This document shows positions 46,500 through 61,518 of a stretch of DNA of 64,000 nt, piece after piece (position 1 is the stretch's first letter; every line of letters begins with the position of its first letter). Source of the DNA: the human T2T-CHM13v2.0 reference genome, Homo sapiens; the NCBI RefSeq assembly GCF_009914755.1, contig NC_060931.1, one strand, 5' to 3'. Both the position numbers and the translations under genes were made by a program. The notes under the pieces were generated by a model. It had not been told where the DNA came from. It searched no databases and worked only from the letters and a program-made list of their open reading frames with translations.

Positions 46500-47930
46500 G
46501 TACATGTCCCTGCCCATCCCCATGCATGTCAGAGCTCTGTGGCAAGCAAAAGCAGAAAAAAATTGCAAGAAATATAGAGGAGGGATACCAGCTAAGGAGC
46601 CTGAGGGTGATTTGAAGCAACCATTGACAGGAAAGATTAAATCTACACTGAATTTGAAGATACCGGAGAAGAAAAAATAAAAAAAAAAAAGCAGATCATA
46701 CAACAAACTGCAAGGAAGGGATTTCAAAGTGCATGCTCTCAAAGAACCAAACACCATAGAAAGAGATAGATGCAGGATTTAAAGAGACAGAATATCAGGC
46801 ATCCATTTTAAAAAGGCAAACTATTTAATGTTTTAAAACCAAAAGAGAACCCCTCCAAAAATATATAATTAAGAGAAAACACACACAATTAACTTCTAAG
46901 GAGAATAACATTCAAAAGAAAGGGAAGAGAATCCTCTGTCAATTAGGTGGTGAAAGAGAAAACAAGAAAAAGTGAAAAATTCAGGGCTCTGCAAGACCAA
47001 AGGATGTAAAATCTGAGTACCAACAACCCCTCATTCACTTCCAAAACCAAACAACCAACCACTGCTGAGCTACCAGTTCTTTGCCACACTAACAGAAAAT
47101 GGTGCAATTAAGATGAGAATCATGTAAGCCACCTGGATATCACTAAAAATGAACACAAGAAAACAAATCTATAGAGAACTAATGCAGAAAATCAGTCAAA
47201 AATGTGCATGCAACTTAAATGAGTTGCACCTTACATTAATACCTGGCAAAATATCAAGCAAAAGAAAACTGTAAGTCTGCACTCCAAACAGCAGTAAAAG
47301 TATTGAAACAAGTATTTGAAAATATGGAAAGCCACCTTGAATCAGAAATTAAAACTAAAAGTCAAAACAAATAAAAACAAGGAGAAATTATTTTTTTAAA
47401 AAAGCATAAGTTACAGCCAACCAGATGATAACTGGGAAAATTTCAGAAAAAGATAGTGAGCATTTTAAAAAATATGAATATATATGTGTATATATATATA
47501 AATCCCATGAGGGAAAAACAAATATATACATATTATATACTCTAATAACATAGAAATAATACGACTAAAATTGAGGGGAGATGAAAGAGGAAAAAAAAAG
47601 AAAACATGAAAAGCTAACTATTGTATAAGCAATAGGTATATATTAAATAATGCTCCCCACCAAAAAAATACCTGATAATGCAGATAGTACAATATTAAGC
47701 AAACAGGGGACTAAAGTCATCAGAATAGATAAAAGCGCAAAGGTAGTCCTGACAATAAACCTTTCAACCTTCTTGAACACCCAATTTTATTAAATAAAAA
47801 GGCAGAGAATGCATATCCTATAGATAAAGAAACATACCACATAAACTGCGCATAATTATAAATTGCAGTTGAAACTAAACCTATCAGTCCTAGAAACAAA
47901 TGTAAACAGGCTTAATTTCTCCATTAAGAG
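46500..47930 (+). mobile_element. Very degenerate L1M 5'/ORF1 remnants
   Basis: A-rich strand bias, ending in an EN-start-like motif (aaatgtaaacaggcttaatttctccattaagaga). Confidence 0.4.
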
Positions 47931-49344
47931 AAAAAAAGTATTTTCAATTTTGCATACAGAAACACACGCACACTCACACTGTCACAATATTCTCAATGTT
48001 AAAAAGTAAACTATCCAGTAAGATCTGACAGAATAAGCTTTATATTGTAAGCAGCTAACACATTTGTGACCTTTGTGATTTTAAAAAATTTCCCTTTTGT
48101 CCCACGGGGTATTTTACTTGTAACTTCACAGTCAGAAAATGTAACTACTGAGCTTCATAGATTAATCAAGGGAAACATATGATAATGCAGGGTCATTAGT
48201 TAGGTATTCCCAAGCTAATTCAGCAGCCATTATTTTCAACTGAGTATTGATGTCTTTTTGGGCAACAAAACACTTTTGATTTATTTAGATATATTTGGCT
48301 GTCTCACCTAAGACTTGCAAGATTCAGCCTCCATATGCACTTCCATCTCCTTTTCTGCACCATGCCCAATCATAAATGTTCTGTTTTTGTTATATATGTC
48401 TTTCCATCTGTCATTAAAATAATACAGTCATTTCACTTTCTTTTTCAGTGGCGCCTGGGTCATGCTGGCGTTGGTGTTGTAATCATTTGGACTTTCTTTT
48501 TCTGAACTCTTAGAAAACATGGCCTCCATAATCCCAATGTTAGAAAGTAAACTAGCGCTATCTCCATACAAACTACAGCAGTTAATTCACAGTCAAAGTC
48601 AAAGAACATCTGCTGGCATTCACAATTACAACACAGTAAAGTTGCACACTTAAAGTGGTATCATCTGAAGTGATAAAACAATGGATAATCATTGCTGTGA
48701 ACTGCAAAACATGGTTGCCCCATCAGTCACCAGAAACACCACCAGAAACAGTGATTACAGCCCATGGATACTCTAAACTGCATTCATTTGACACTAAAAT
48801 GGAGGACTAAGATGCTTCTAAAACAGAATATATTCAGAAGAAAAATTAAATTTAAAAGTATGTCAGGACTCATGCAACAAAACCTCTTGGGTTTAGGCTT
48901 CTGCCACTTTTTATTGAGAGTAGGGCTGCAAGAAAGAAAACTGAAAAATATCCATTTCATAAATAACTCTGGGAAATTTAGGATCATGAAGACACACTAG
49001 TATATACCTCTCTAACAGAGTGCAACACAAAAAAGAGTGAGGCATTGTCCTTTGGTAGAGAACACTTTGTAGCTCAGATGAGTTACCTCATTATATTGGA
49101 TAGAAAATGATTCTACTCTGCCTTAGAGTTTTTCCAGAGAAACAGAAAATACTAAAAGGTTGAGGGAAAGCAGTAGAATAGAACAAGTCCAGGGCATCTG
49201 AGCACCTGCACATGGCCTCCCGGAGTCTCAGCTGGGAGTGAGTTAGCAAGAATGTAAGAAATAGTAGCCAGACACCCTTAAGAAAAAAACAGCAAGGTTT
49301 GATGTAGGTGGTAGTGCCTGGTAGAACCTCAAAGGTGCCCATCC

Positions 49345-50185
49345 GCAAAGGTCATGAACAGACACTTTTCAAAAGAAGACATTCATCTGGCCAACAAGTG
49401 TTTGAATAAATGCTCAGCACCACTAATCATTAGAGAGATGCAAATAAAAATGAGATACCATCTCACAACAGTCAGAATAGCTATTATTAAAAAGGCAAAA
49501 ATAACAGATGCTGGTGAGGTTGTGGAGAAAAGAAGATGCTTCTGCACTGCTGATGAGAATATAAACTAGTTCAGCTATTGTGGATAGCAGATTGACGACT
49601 TCTCAAAGAACTTAAAACAGAATTACCATTTAATCCAGCAATCCCATTATTGAGTATATACCTGAGGGAACATAAATCATTCTACCATAAAGACACATTC
49701 TTGCATATCCTCATCACAGCACTATTCACAAAAACAAAGACATGGAATCAACCTAAATGCCCATCAGTGGTAGGCTGGATAAAGAAAATGTGGCACGTAT
49801 ACACCATGGAATACCATGCAGCCAAAAAAAGAATGGGATCATGTCCTTTACAGGAACATGCGTAGAGCTGGAGGTCATTATCCTAAGCAAACTAATGCAG
49901 GAACAGAAAACCAAAAACTGCATATTCTCACTTGTAAGTGGGCCCTAACATTGGGTAGACATGGACACAAAGGGAACAACAGATACTTGGGTCTACATGA
50001 ATGTAGAAGGTGGGAGGAGGGTGAGGATCAGAAAAGTACCTATTGGGTACTATGCTTATTACCTGGGTGACGAGATAATTTGTACACAAATCCCACAGCA
50101 TGCAATTTACCTGCATAATAAACCTGCACACATACCCTTGAACCTAAAATAAAGGTCCAAAAAATTAAAATAAGATAAATAAATT
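49345..50185 (+). mobile_element. 5'-truncated L1PA15/16-like element
   Basis: ORF2 C-terminus (MNRHFSKED; WNQPKCP) and 3' UTR gggtgaggatcagaaaagtacctattgggtactatgcttattacctggg. Confidence 0.9.
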
Positions 50186-51144
50186 AACATGGAACACTAC
50201 AGCAATGAAAATGAATGATCTGAAGCACGGGGTTCCTGTCCTTTCTATGACCTTTTAAGAACCAGGCCACACAGCAGGAGGTGAGTGGCAGGTGAGCCAA
50301 GGGAAGCCTCATCTGTATGGACAACAGCACCTCATTGCTCACATTACCACCTGAGCTCCACTTCCTGTCAGATCAGTAGCAGCATTAGATTCTAATAGGA
50401 GTGCAAACCCTTTTGTGAACTGCACATGCAAGGGATCTAGGTTTTGTTCTCCTTGTGAGAATCTAATGCCTGATGATCTGTCACTGTCTCCCATCACCCC
50501 CAGATGAAACTGACTAGCTGCAGGAAAACAAGCTCAGCGCTCCCACTAAATCTATATTGTGGTGAGTTGTATAATTATTTCATTATATATTACTATGTAA
50601 TAATAATAGAAATAAAGTGCACAATAAATGTAATGCATTTGAATCATCCTGAAACCACTCCCCACCCCTGGTTCATGAAAAAATTGTCTTCCATGAAAAC
50701 CGGTCCCTAACGGCAAAAAGATTGGGGACCGCTGATCTGAAGCATTGGTATTAACATGATTATATTAAAAATACATACTGTTTAGTAAAAACTTAAGTTA
50801 TAGAAGATCATACACAATGTAATACCAATTATATACAATGCTAAACTAGGAAAAGCACTATATACTGTTTAGGAACATAGATATATTTGGTAAAAGTATG
50901 ACGTCATGCAAATAAAAAGCACCAGATTCAGGGTTGTGGTACCTCTGGGAAAAAAGGGAATGTGATTGGAGAAGGTTACACGAGAGGCTTTACCTGTGTT
51001 GGTCATGTTTTATTCTAGAGCTGTGTGATGGGTACACAGGTATTTGTTACATGATTCATTGTGGCTCTTTGTAAATGTAAATGTTTCATGATATAAAATG
51101 TAAAGGTAATACATATTCCTCATGAAACTAAAAGAAAAAAAAAA
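50186..51144 (+). other. Probable L1 3'-transduced segment (old L1ME-like 3' fragment containing MER1A), ending in a second A tail
   Basis: TSD aaaggtgcccatcc (49331-49344) / aaagatgcccatcc (51142-51155) encloses both the L1 and this segment. Confidence 0.8.
50226..50734 (+). mobile_element. MER1A (hAT-Charlie)
   Basis: MER1 body and TIR ttggggaccgctg; perfect 8-bp TSD atctgaag at 50218-50225 and 50735-50742. Confidence 0.93.
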
Positions 51145-51983
51145 GATGCCCATCCAAACCTAGAGTGACAAGCAGATGACCTCGCTCTAGATTAACGTTA
51201 TGTACTTATGACAATTCATACAGATATTTCCTATTTTCAGTGGTTTGTGAAATAAAATTATTGCTATTTTTTTCTCCTTCTCTGGCCATAAATTAGTAAC
51301 TTGGTCTGGTGAGATGCTTCTTCAAGTTGATGCTAATTCCCATGGAAGCGGCAGCGTACAGGGTATAAGTAGCATGTGGAGAGCTGGGCAGGAGATCAAG
51401 TTCCTTTTGATGAAAGTCTAATGGTTTTCCGCAACCTCAGAGGAAATCAGTTGCACGTCAGTGATGTGGAATGAAATGTTTAATGAAGCTGTCAATGCGG
51501 TTGCCAGACGATCCTGTAGGTCTTCCGTGTGTGGCCACCCTTCTTAGACACTGCAGATGATTCTTCTAAATTGTTGCTGGATTTAAAGGGGTATAATTTT
51601 CCCAAGTGTTAACTATTCTTTGCAATTACTCTTGGGTACATAAAGTTATCAGGGTAAGAAAATTAATTTGATCAGGTTTTTTTATATAAAGTTTAAAGAA
51701 AACCTTTAAAGTGAAATAGTTGAAATCAGTAAAGCTTATCCTTTTTTTTCAAGTAATATAACATTCTTTATGAGTGCCCACATAATTCGTTTACATGACA
51801 GAGATTATTCATTTCATTAGCTGGTTACTATATTTTTTATTTTAAAAATGTTGGTTAAATTTCTCATGTTTCTCTGAATATTTTAAAGTATCTGATTGTT
51901 ATGCTAATGTTTCTGATTTCTAGCAGAGTCAAATACAATTTTTTATAGAACCTGTTTAAAGATATTCATTTCTTCAATAACAA

Positions 51984-51988
<5 letters not shown>

Positions 51989-52023
<35 letters not shown>
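51989..52023. repeat. (TG)n microsatellite, ~17 units
   Basis: Seen directly. Confidence 0.97.
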
Positions 52024-52025
<2 letters not shown>

Positions 52026-52459
52026 TCCAAGCACTACTGCATCTAACTTAGGCATTAACTCAATAGTATATTTTTAAAACCTCAATTTTTATATTGATTG
52101 AAAATATTTCCCACCAATCAATTGGGGAAGTAGTAGAAGAACCTATAGAAAAACAGAAAGGCTGAATGAGAAAAAAACAAGAATCAGAGTAGGGCCAGGA
52201 CTTTGTAGACTATTAAAACATTTGTGGATTTCTTACCCCAGCCTCACCTATGTTATTGCATGAAGGATGTCATCCTCAAGAATTCTAAAGCTAAATATTT
52301 AGTTGATGAGTGTTTAAATAGGTATTAATGTCCTTGGAGTGAAGCACCCACTACATTAGTCACTGTTCAAAGTGTCTATAATTCACTTGGGCTGGTTATC
52401 ATCACACACCACTTCTAGTTAGCAGAAGTGAATGCTCATTAGCAGGGCAGAATCAAGTC

Positions 52460-52660
52460 ACCTTGCCTGAAATTTGAATCATGACTCTCCTAGTTAATTG
52501 AGAAATACATTGGCCTCTCTTTGCCTTTATTTCCTCAATTTAAATATGAATAATAATAATGGTTACATCATAAAATTGTTTTTAACATTTATTAAGTTGA
52601 TATACCTAAAATATCTCAAACATGACCTGGCACAGAGGAAATTTTATAAAGCATTAGCTT
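52460..52660 (+). mobile_element. MIR SINE remnant
   Basis: tttgaatc...ctctttgcctttatttcctca...taataat...catgacctggcacagag. Confidence 0.6.
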
Positions 52661-53389
52661 TCTATGATTAAGATGTAATTAAAATGCAATAAAAGATTGT
52701 ATACCATCTCACAAACTAAGGAGAATCAATTTCCTGAATGTAACTCTATTTACATATGATATAATCTCTCGGAGGATTTTTGTTGAATAAAATCACATAT
52801 ATATGCTGACAGAAACGTGAATATCTGGTTCACTCCCAAATTTCATTAAGAATGTCGGGGCATGAAGCCCGTAAATAAACATAAATTTGTTTTATTTTGC
52901 TTTGCTTTATTTACTTCATTTGAATAGTGGTTTTCTCTTGGTACCTTTGTTTATAAAAGCTACCTGATATTCCTAATACCTCAAGAACTTTCCTGATAGG
53001 ATCCAGCACACTGATATGTAGAGGATAGACATTATTTTTCTGCAAAGCACTAGACTGACTATTCTAAGTACTAAACATACTGTATCATGACTGCACCACT
53101 TGCCTAGAGTGATGGAAGGGTAATAGAACTGGGATAATACTGAGCAATTTTTAGAAACTTCTTAGCTTTAAAAATATTTCTGAATATTTTTTTTTTCTGG
53201 CTGGCTACTGCCTAGACTGAGATCTTACCTAATATCCATAGCATAGTAGAAGACATAAGCCAGTAACATTTCCTGTAATTGTAATGGTTTAAAAAATCTT
53301 AGACTTGTTCTCTATTCTTGTATATTACTCCTGGAACCAGGGGGTCAAAAGTTACATCAATACATAGAATAGATCTAATACCTGTAATG

Positions 53390-54445
53390 ATGAATAGAAT
53401 TTCATCAAAATAAGAAACTTATACATTCTGAAAGATACTGTTAGAAGAATAAAAGGACAAGCCACAAACTGGGAAAAATGTCTGAGAAGCTTATATATGA
53501 TTAAGGAGTTGTATGCAAAATACATAAAGAAATCTCTAAGCCCAATAACAACAACAAAAAATAAACTCAATTTTGGGGGGTAAAAATTTGAGCATGAGCT
53601 TAACTAAAAAAGAAAGTGATTGTGTGGCAAATACACACCTCCAAAGATGCCCCGCATAATTCCTTAGGAAATACTAATTAAAACCACATTAAAATAATAT
53701 TACAATTATTAGAATTGTATTAGAATATATTAGAAATGTCTAAAATTAAAAGTCTGACCCTATGAAGTGTTGAGAATATAGAGAAACTGTAACTCTCAAT
53801 ACACTTGTTGGGAATTTAAATAGTGCAATTTCCTTGAGAAACAATCTGGCAGTTTCTTTAAAAGCTAATTATGCATGTATCATATGGTCCAGACATCCTA
53901 CTTCTAGGGATATACCTGAGAGAAAAATAAAGCAAATATCCATGCAAATACATGTACACTTATGTCCACAGCAGCTTAATTTGTAATAGCCAACACTAGA
54001 AACAATCATCTGTTCATTAACAGATAAATCTGATAAAGCAATTGTGGCATATTCATATTCGTTAATAGTGAATAATACAATTCACTATCAGCAATACAAA
54101 TAAATAAACTATTTATATATGCAGCAACATGGATCTAGCTCCAAATTATTATGCCAAGTAACAGCATCCAGAAAAAAGATACATGTTATATTACACAATT
54201 TATAAAAGTTCTAGATATAAAAACTAATCAAAAGTGACAGCAGATTAGTGGCTGTCTGGGAATAGGAAGGGAGTAGGAAGGAGGGATTAGAAAATGGTCC
54301 TAGTAAACTTTCCTGGTGATGGAGCTGTTCACTTCTTGATTGTAGTCATAGTTTCATGGGAGTACATATATATCAAAACTTATCAAATGATGCTATGTAA
54401 TTTGTTCAGCTGATTATATGTTAAATATATCTCAATTAATATTAG
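53390..54445 (+). mobile_element. Ancient L1M (MC/ME-type) 3' fragment
   Basis: gacaagccacaaactggg...ttctagggatatacc...aaaacttatcaaat...atatatctcaat. Confidence 0.75.
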
Positions 54446-54659
54446 GAAAACAAAAACTTAAAGAAACAAGTTTTGAGGTAAATGGAGGAAGAGCTCTTTA
54501 AAATATGCCCAGTGTGGCCAAGTAATTATTTTCATATGATTATGTTTAATAACCATTCCTCAGAACTACAATTTCACTTAATTCAATGAACATTTTTTTC
54601 AAACATTATTGAGCATTCTCTCAGTGCCAGATCTGTGCTAGAAGCTGATAATTTAAAAA

Positions 54660-54895
54660 GGCAGTAGTGTTATGCGGACTATTTTAGCATACTGGTTAAC
54701 AGCACTGATTTACAACCACACTGACCTGGGCTTACTACCCAGCACCACCCCTCCTCACCTGAATCATCATGGGTCCAGTACACAAACTGTCTAAGCTTTA
54801 GTTTCTTCTAGTGTAAAAGCAGATGAAATGTGATAATGCATATAATATGCTAAATAATGCTTAGGGCATGGTATGTGTTCAATAAATTATTATTA
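54660..54895 (+). mobile_element. MIR SINE remnant
   Basis: tggttaacagcac...gacctgggctt...ctaagctttagtttctt...tgtaaaa...gttcaataaat. Confidence 0.55.
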
Positions 54896-55525
54896 TTGCT
54901 ATATTACCATTAAAGAAACAATGTTCTCAACCACCTCATCAAGACTTCAGAGAAGTAATAGAAAAAAAGTTATTTAGAGATTAAAGATTTTCATAGGCTT
55001 AATTCTAACCACAGAAGCTGTAATAATTTGTCAGTCTACAAACATACTTTCTGGAAATTTTCTACTTTAATATCCCATTCTTCAGTGGCCAAAGAAACCC
55101 AATATTCCTTTAAAATGTTAAAACAGAACACATGAAACCAACTAGTGATGTCTCAGTTAGCAAGCGGCAATTCAATTACCCACATGCAAGATGAAGAAAA
55201 TAAAATCCTGAAACCTGTTTTTAAAGGCCTTCTGTAAAATGTAGCAAAGATCAGCTGGTGTTTTAAAGTTGTGACTAAGCCAAAACATCTAATACACTTT
55301 CAAAATGCTTTTTTTTTTTAAATTTCAATTAGGACATAGAATGTCTCTACCGGCAATCTTCAGAGTTTTCTCAACGATGTCTACATTTTAAACCATAAAA
55401 TGATTGCATTGCTGATCATCTTTGAGGTAAACAGAGTGAAGAAACAAATAGAAGAATAAAACTCTCCTTTGAAGTATGTTTTTCCCTTGAGAACATCAGC
55501 AGGGGAGAGATACTCTGAAAGACTC

Positions 55526-55641
55526 ATGTTAAATGAAGCGTTAATGGGTGCAGCACATCAACATGGCACATGTATACATATGTAACAAAACTGCACGTTG
55601 TGCACATGTACCCTAAAACTTAAAGTATAATGATAAAAAAA
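55526..55641 (+). mobile_element. Extremely 5'-truncated (~115 bp) L1PA4/5-like 3' end
   Basis: atgttaaatga...gggtgcagcac...ccctaaaacttaaagtataat plus A tail; TSD aaagact at 55518-55524 and 55642-55648. Confidence 0.92.
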
Positions 55642-56317
55642 AAAGACTTAGCCTTGGCTGCCATGCAGATTCCATTATCTCTAACTTCAGAATTTCCAGG
55701 CTAATCACCTATTTTAGTGGCCAGGAAAGGACAATCATCAGAGGCAAAAATGTTTTTGTAAAATAATTGATTCCTACAAAATACTGTTTTCAAGACAATA
55801 CCTTTTTCAAATATGTAAGCTCTTTGATGTCAAGACCTAGGGATGGTCCAAAAGAGTAAACAGTAATTTGGTATTTTAAAGTTGGATTACTCACTGCCTG
55901 ATTAAGTCATCCCCATGCCGTCACCCTCTATCACTCGTGGAGCACAAATAGCTCCTGGCACTCTGATTGTGAGAGCTTTTTCTGGTGTTGAATTGAGCTA
56001 TTACACTGGCCAAGGGAATGCATTACCTGGGTACAACATTATCAGGCATTTGAAACTTACAGAGGAAATAATTACAGATGCAGTAGGATTGATTGGCTTA
56101 TTCTAAACTTCATTGATATTATTGAGAAAGATAAAATGAAACGCTGAAGGCAGTTTTAAAGCATTTTAAAACCAAGTATGACAGCCAGAGAGCCTATTTG
56201 GTAGCATACAAGGCTCTCATCTCTTATATTAGGAGTGTAAAAAAATTATTATATCCTAGGCAGAAGGCCAAGCACAGGCTATAATAGTTTGAGTGGCTGA
56301 GATTTAAAAGGCTAAAT

Positions 56318-56808
56318 TGTTACTGAAACACCAGAGTTTTAGTCTAGGTCCTGTTGCTCACCACATAGAAAGCCAATCACTGAGACAGTGAGTATTTCCA
56401 GGGAAGAAGCTTTCATTTGGATGTTGCAGCCAGAGTATAAGAGATGAGTCTCAAATCCATCTCCCCAGCTGACTGACTTGCTATATAAACCAGGCTTATA
56501 TAGCAGGGAAGAAATGTAGCTATGTTTCAGAAAACAGGAATTAGGTAATAAAGAGATGGTAATAGTCAGCAGGTGCTGGGTTAGGCAACCATGCCAGATG
56601 AGGGTTCTGGTGTCTCATTGTCCGCATGCAGTAATCTGGTGAGTTTCAGTTCCTTGATACTATCAGGGATCCTGATGGTTTGTTTCCTGATAAAGGAACT
56701 TAGATAAAACAATTTTAAGTTTTTCAGTTTTAAGGCCAGGAGGATCAAGTTCTATGTTTACTCAAAACCTGTAAACATCAGTTGTATGGAACAATTGGGC
56801 TGGTTTCA
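56318..56808 (-). mobile_element. ERV1-class (MER4-group) solo LTR
   Basis: TG...CA ends (tgttactgaaacaccag...gggctggtttca); body aagccaatcactgagac...tctcaaatccatctccc typical of these LTRs read antisense. Confidence 0.7.
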
Positions 56809-56819
56809 AATTGGTCAAG

Positions 56820-59950
<3,131 letters not shown>

Positions 59951-61040
59951 TATTAATTCATTATCATCAGTTTTGATTATTACTAGTTTTGTGTTTTACC
60001 ATCTCATTTTTATGTCTATCATCTTCTGATTATTTTCCCATTTTCTGCCTTTTGAGAGCAAAATGGCATTTTCTAATTTCACAGATGGTTTGGAAAATAT
60101 ATTTTTTTCCTAATATTTTAATGCATATCTCTGCATTTTAATGTGCATACTTATTTTTTAAAGTCTAAAGTTATCCATGCTGGCTCCTCCTTCAACATAA
60201 AGATGTTAGCAACCTTATGGCGCCCATTCAATATCCTATTTTATTATTTTTCTTAGCTTTACTTTTATCTTTTTACAGCAAAAACAGGCATTAGCTTTAC
60301 AGTCAAGAGTAAATTAAATTTACCAACAAATCTTATCAATTACTAAATGGAAAACTCTATTAGTTTGCATATCTTACATCTTCCCTTAACATCATTTTCC
60401 TTTTTACCAAAATGCATTTTTAAAAGTTCTTTAATTATGTTCTGTGGTTATTAAAAATGTCAAAGTATTTATATGTTTCAGTGTATATTTAACTTATGTT
60501 TACTCTTGAATAATCACTTAACTGGGCATATGTTTCTAAATTGACGGTTATTTTTCTGCAAAACATGGAAAATATTGTTTTATTGCATTCCAGCTTGTTC
60601 TTGGTGAAGAGAAGTTTGTTGTTTAATTATCACTATTTTGTTGGTCATCTGCCAGCTTTTGAAATGTTCTCTTTAACCTCGACAGTCTATAGTTTGACTA
60701 TGATGTGTTTAGATGACATTTGTTTGGGTGTTTGTTTTTAATATTTATCTCACTCAGAACTCTAAAAGATATATCAAATTGCAATCTAACTCTCTTTAAT
60801 ATTTAAAATTTCTCAGTTTTTAAAATATTGCTTTTTTAGTTTCTATTTCTGGAATTGTTAGAATATTTTGATATATACTCCATGACTCATATTTATTCAT
60901 TTATTTTTTGCATTTTTTTCTATCAGTGATGTGTTATAGATGAAATCATTAGTAATACATTTCTGCTTACTTTTCCTAGTTTATGTCCAGTCTAGAGTTT
61001 TTCCTGCCTCTCAAATTTTTTATTTTAATAAGTATATTGT

Positions 61041-61120
61041 TTTATTTCCAAGATCCATTTTGTTCTCTCTCATACCCACCTTTATTTCCAAGATTCATTT
61101 TGTTCTCTCTCATACCCACC
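61041..61120. repeat. 40-bp tandem duplication, 1 mismatch
   Basis: tttatttccaagat(c/t)cattttgttctctctcatacccacc twice. Confidence 0.97.
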
Positions 61121-61149
61121 TTTTCTTAACACATTTTTGCCAATTTCCA

Positions 61150-61518
<369 letters not shown>

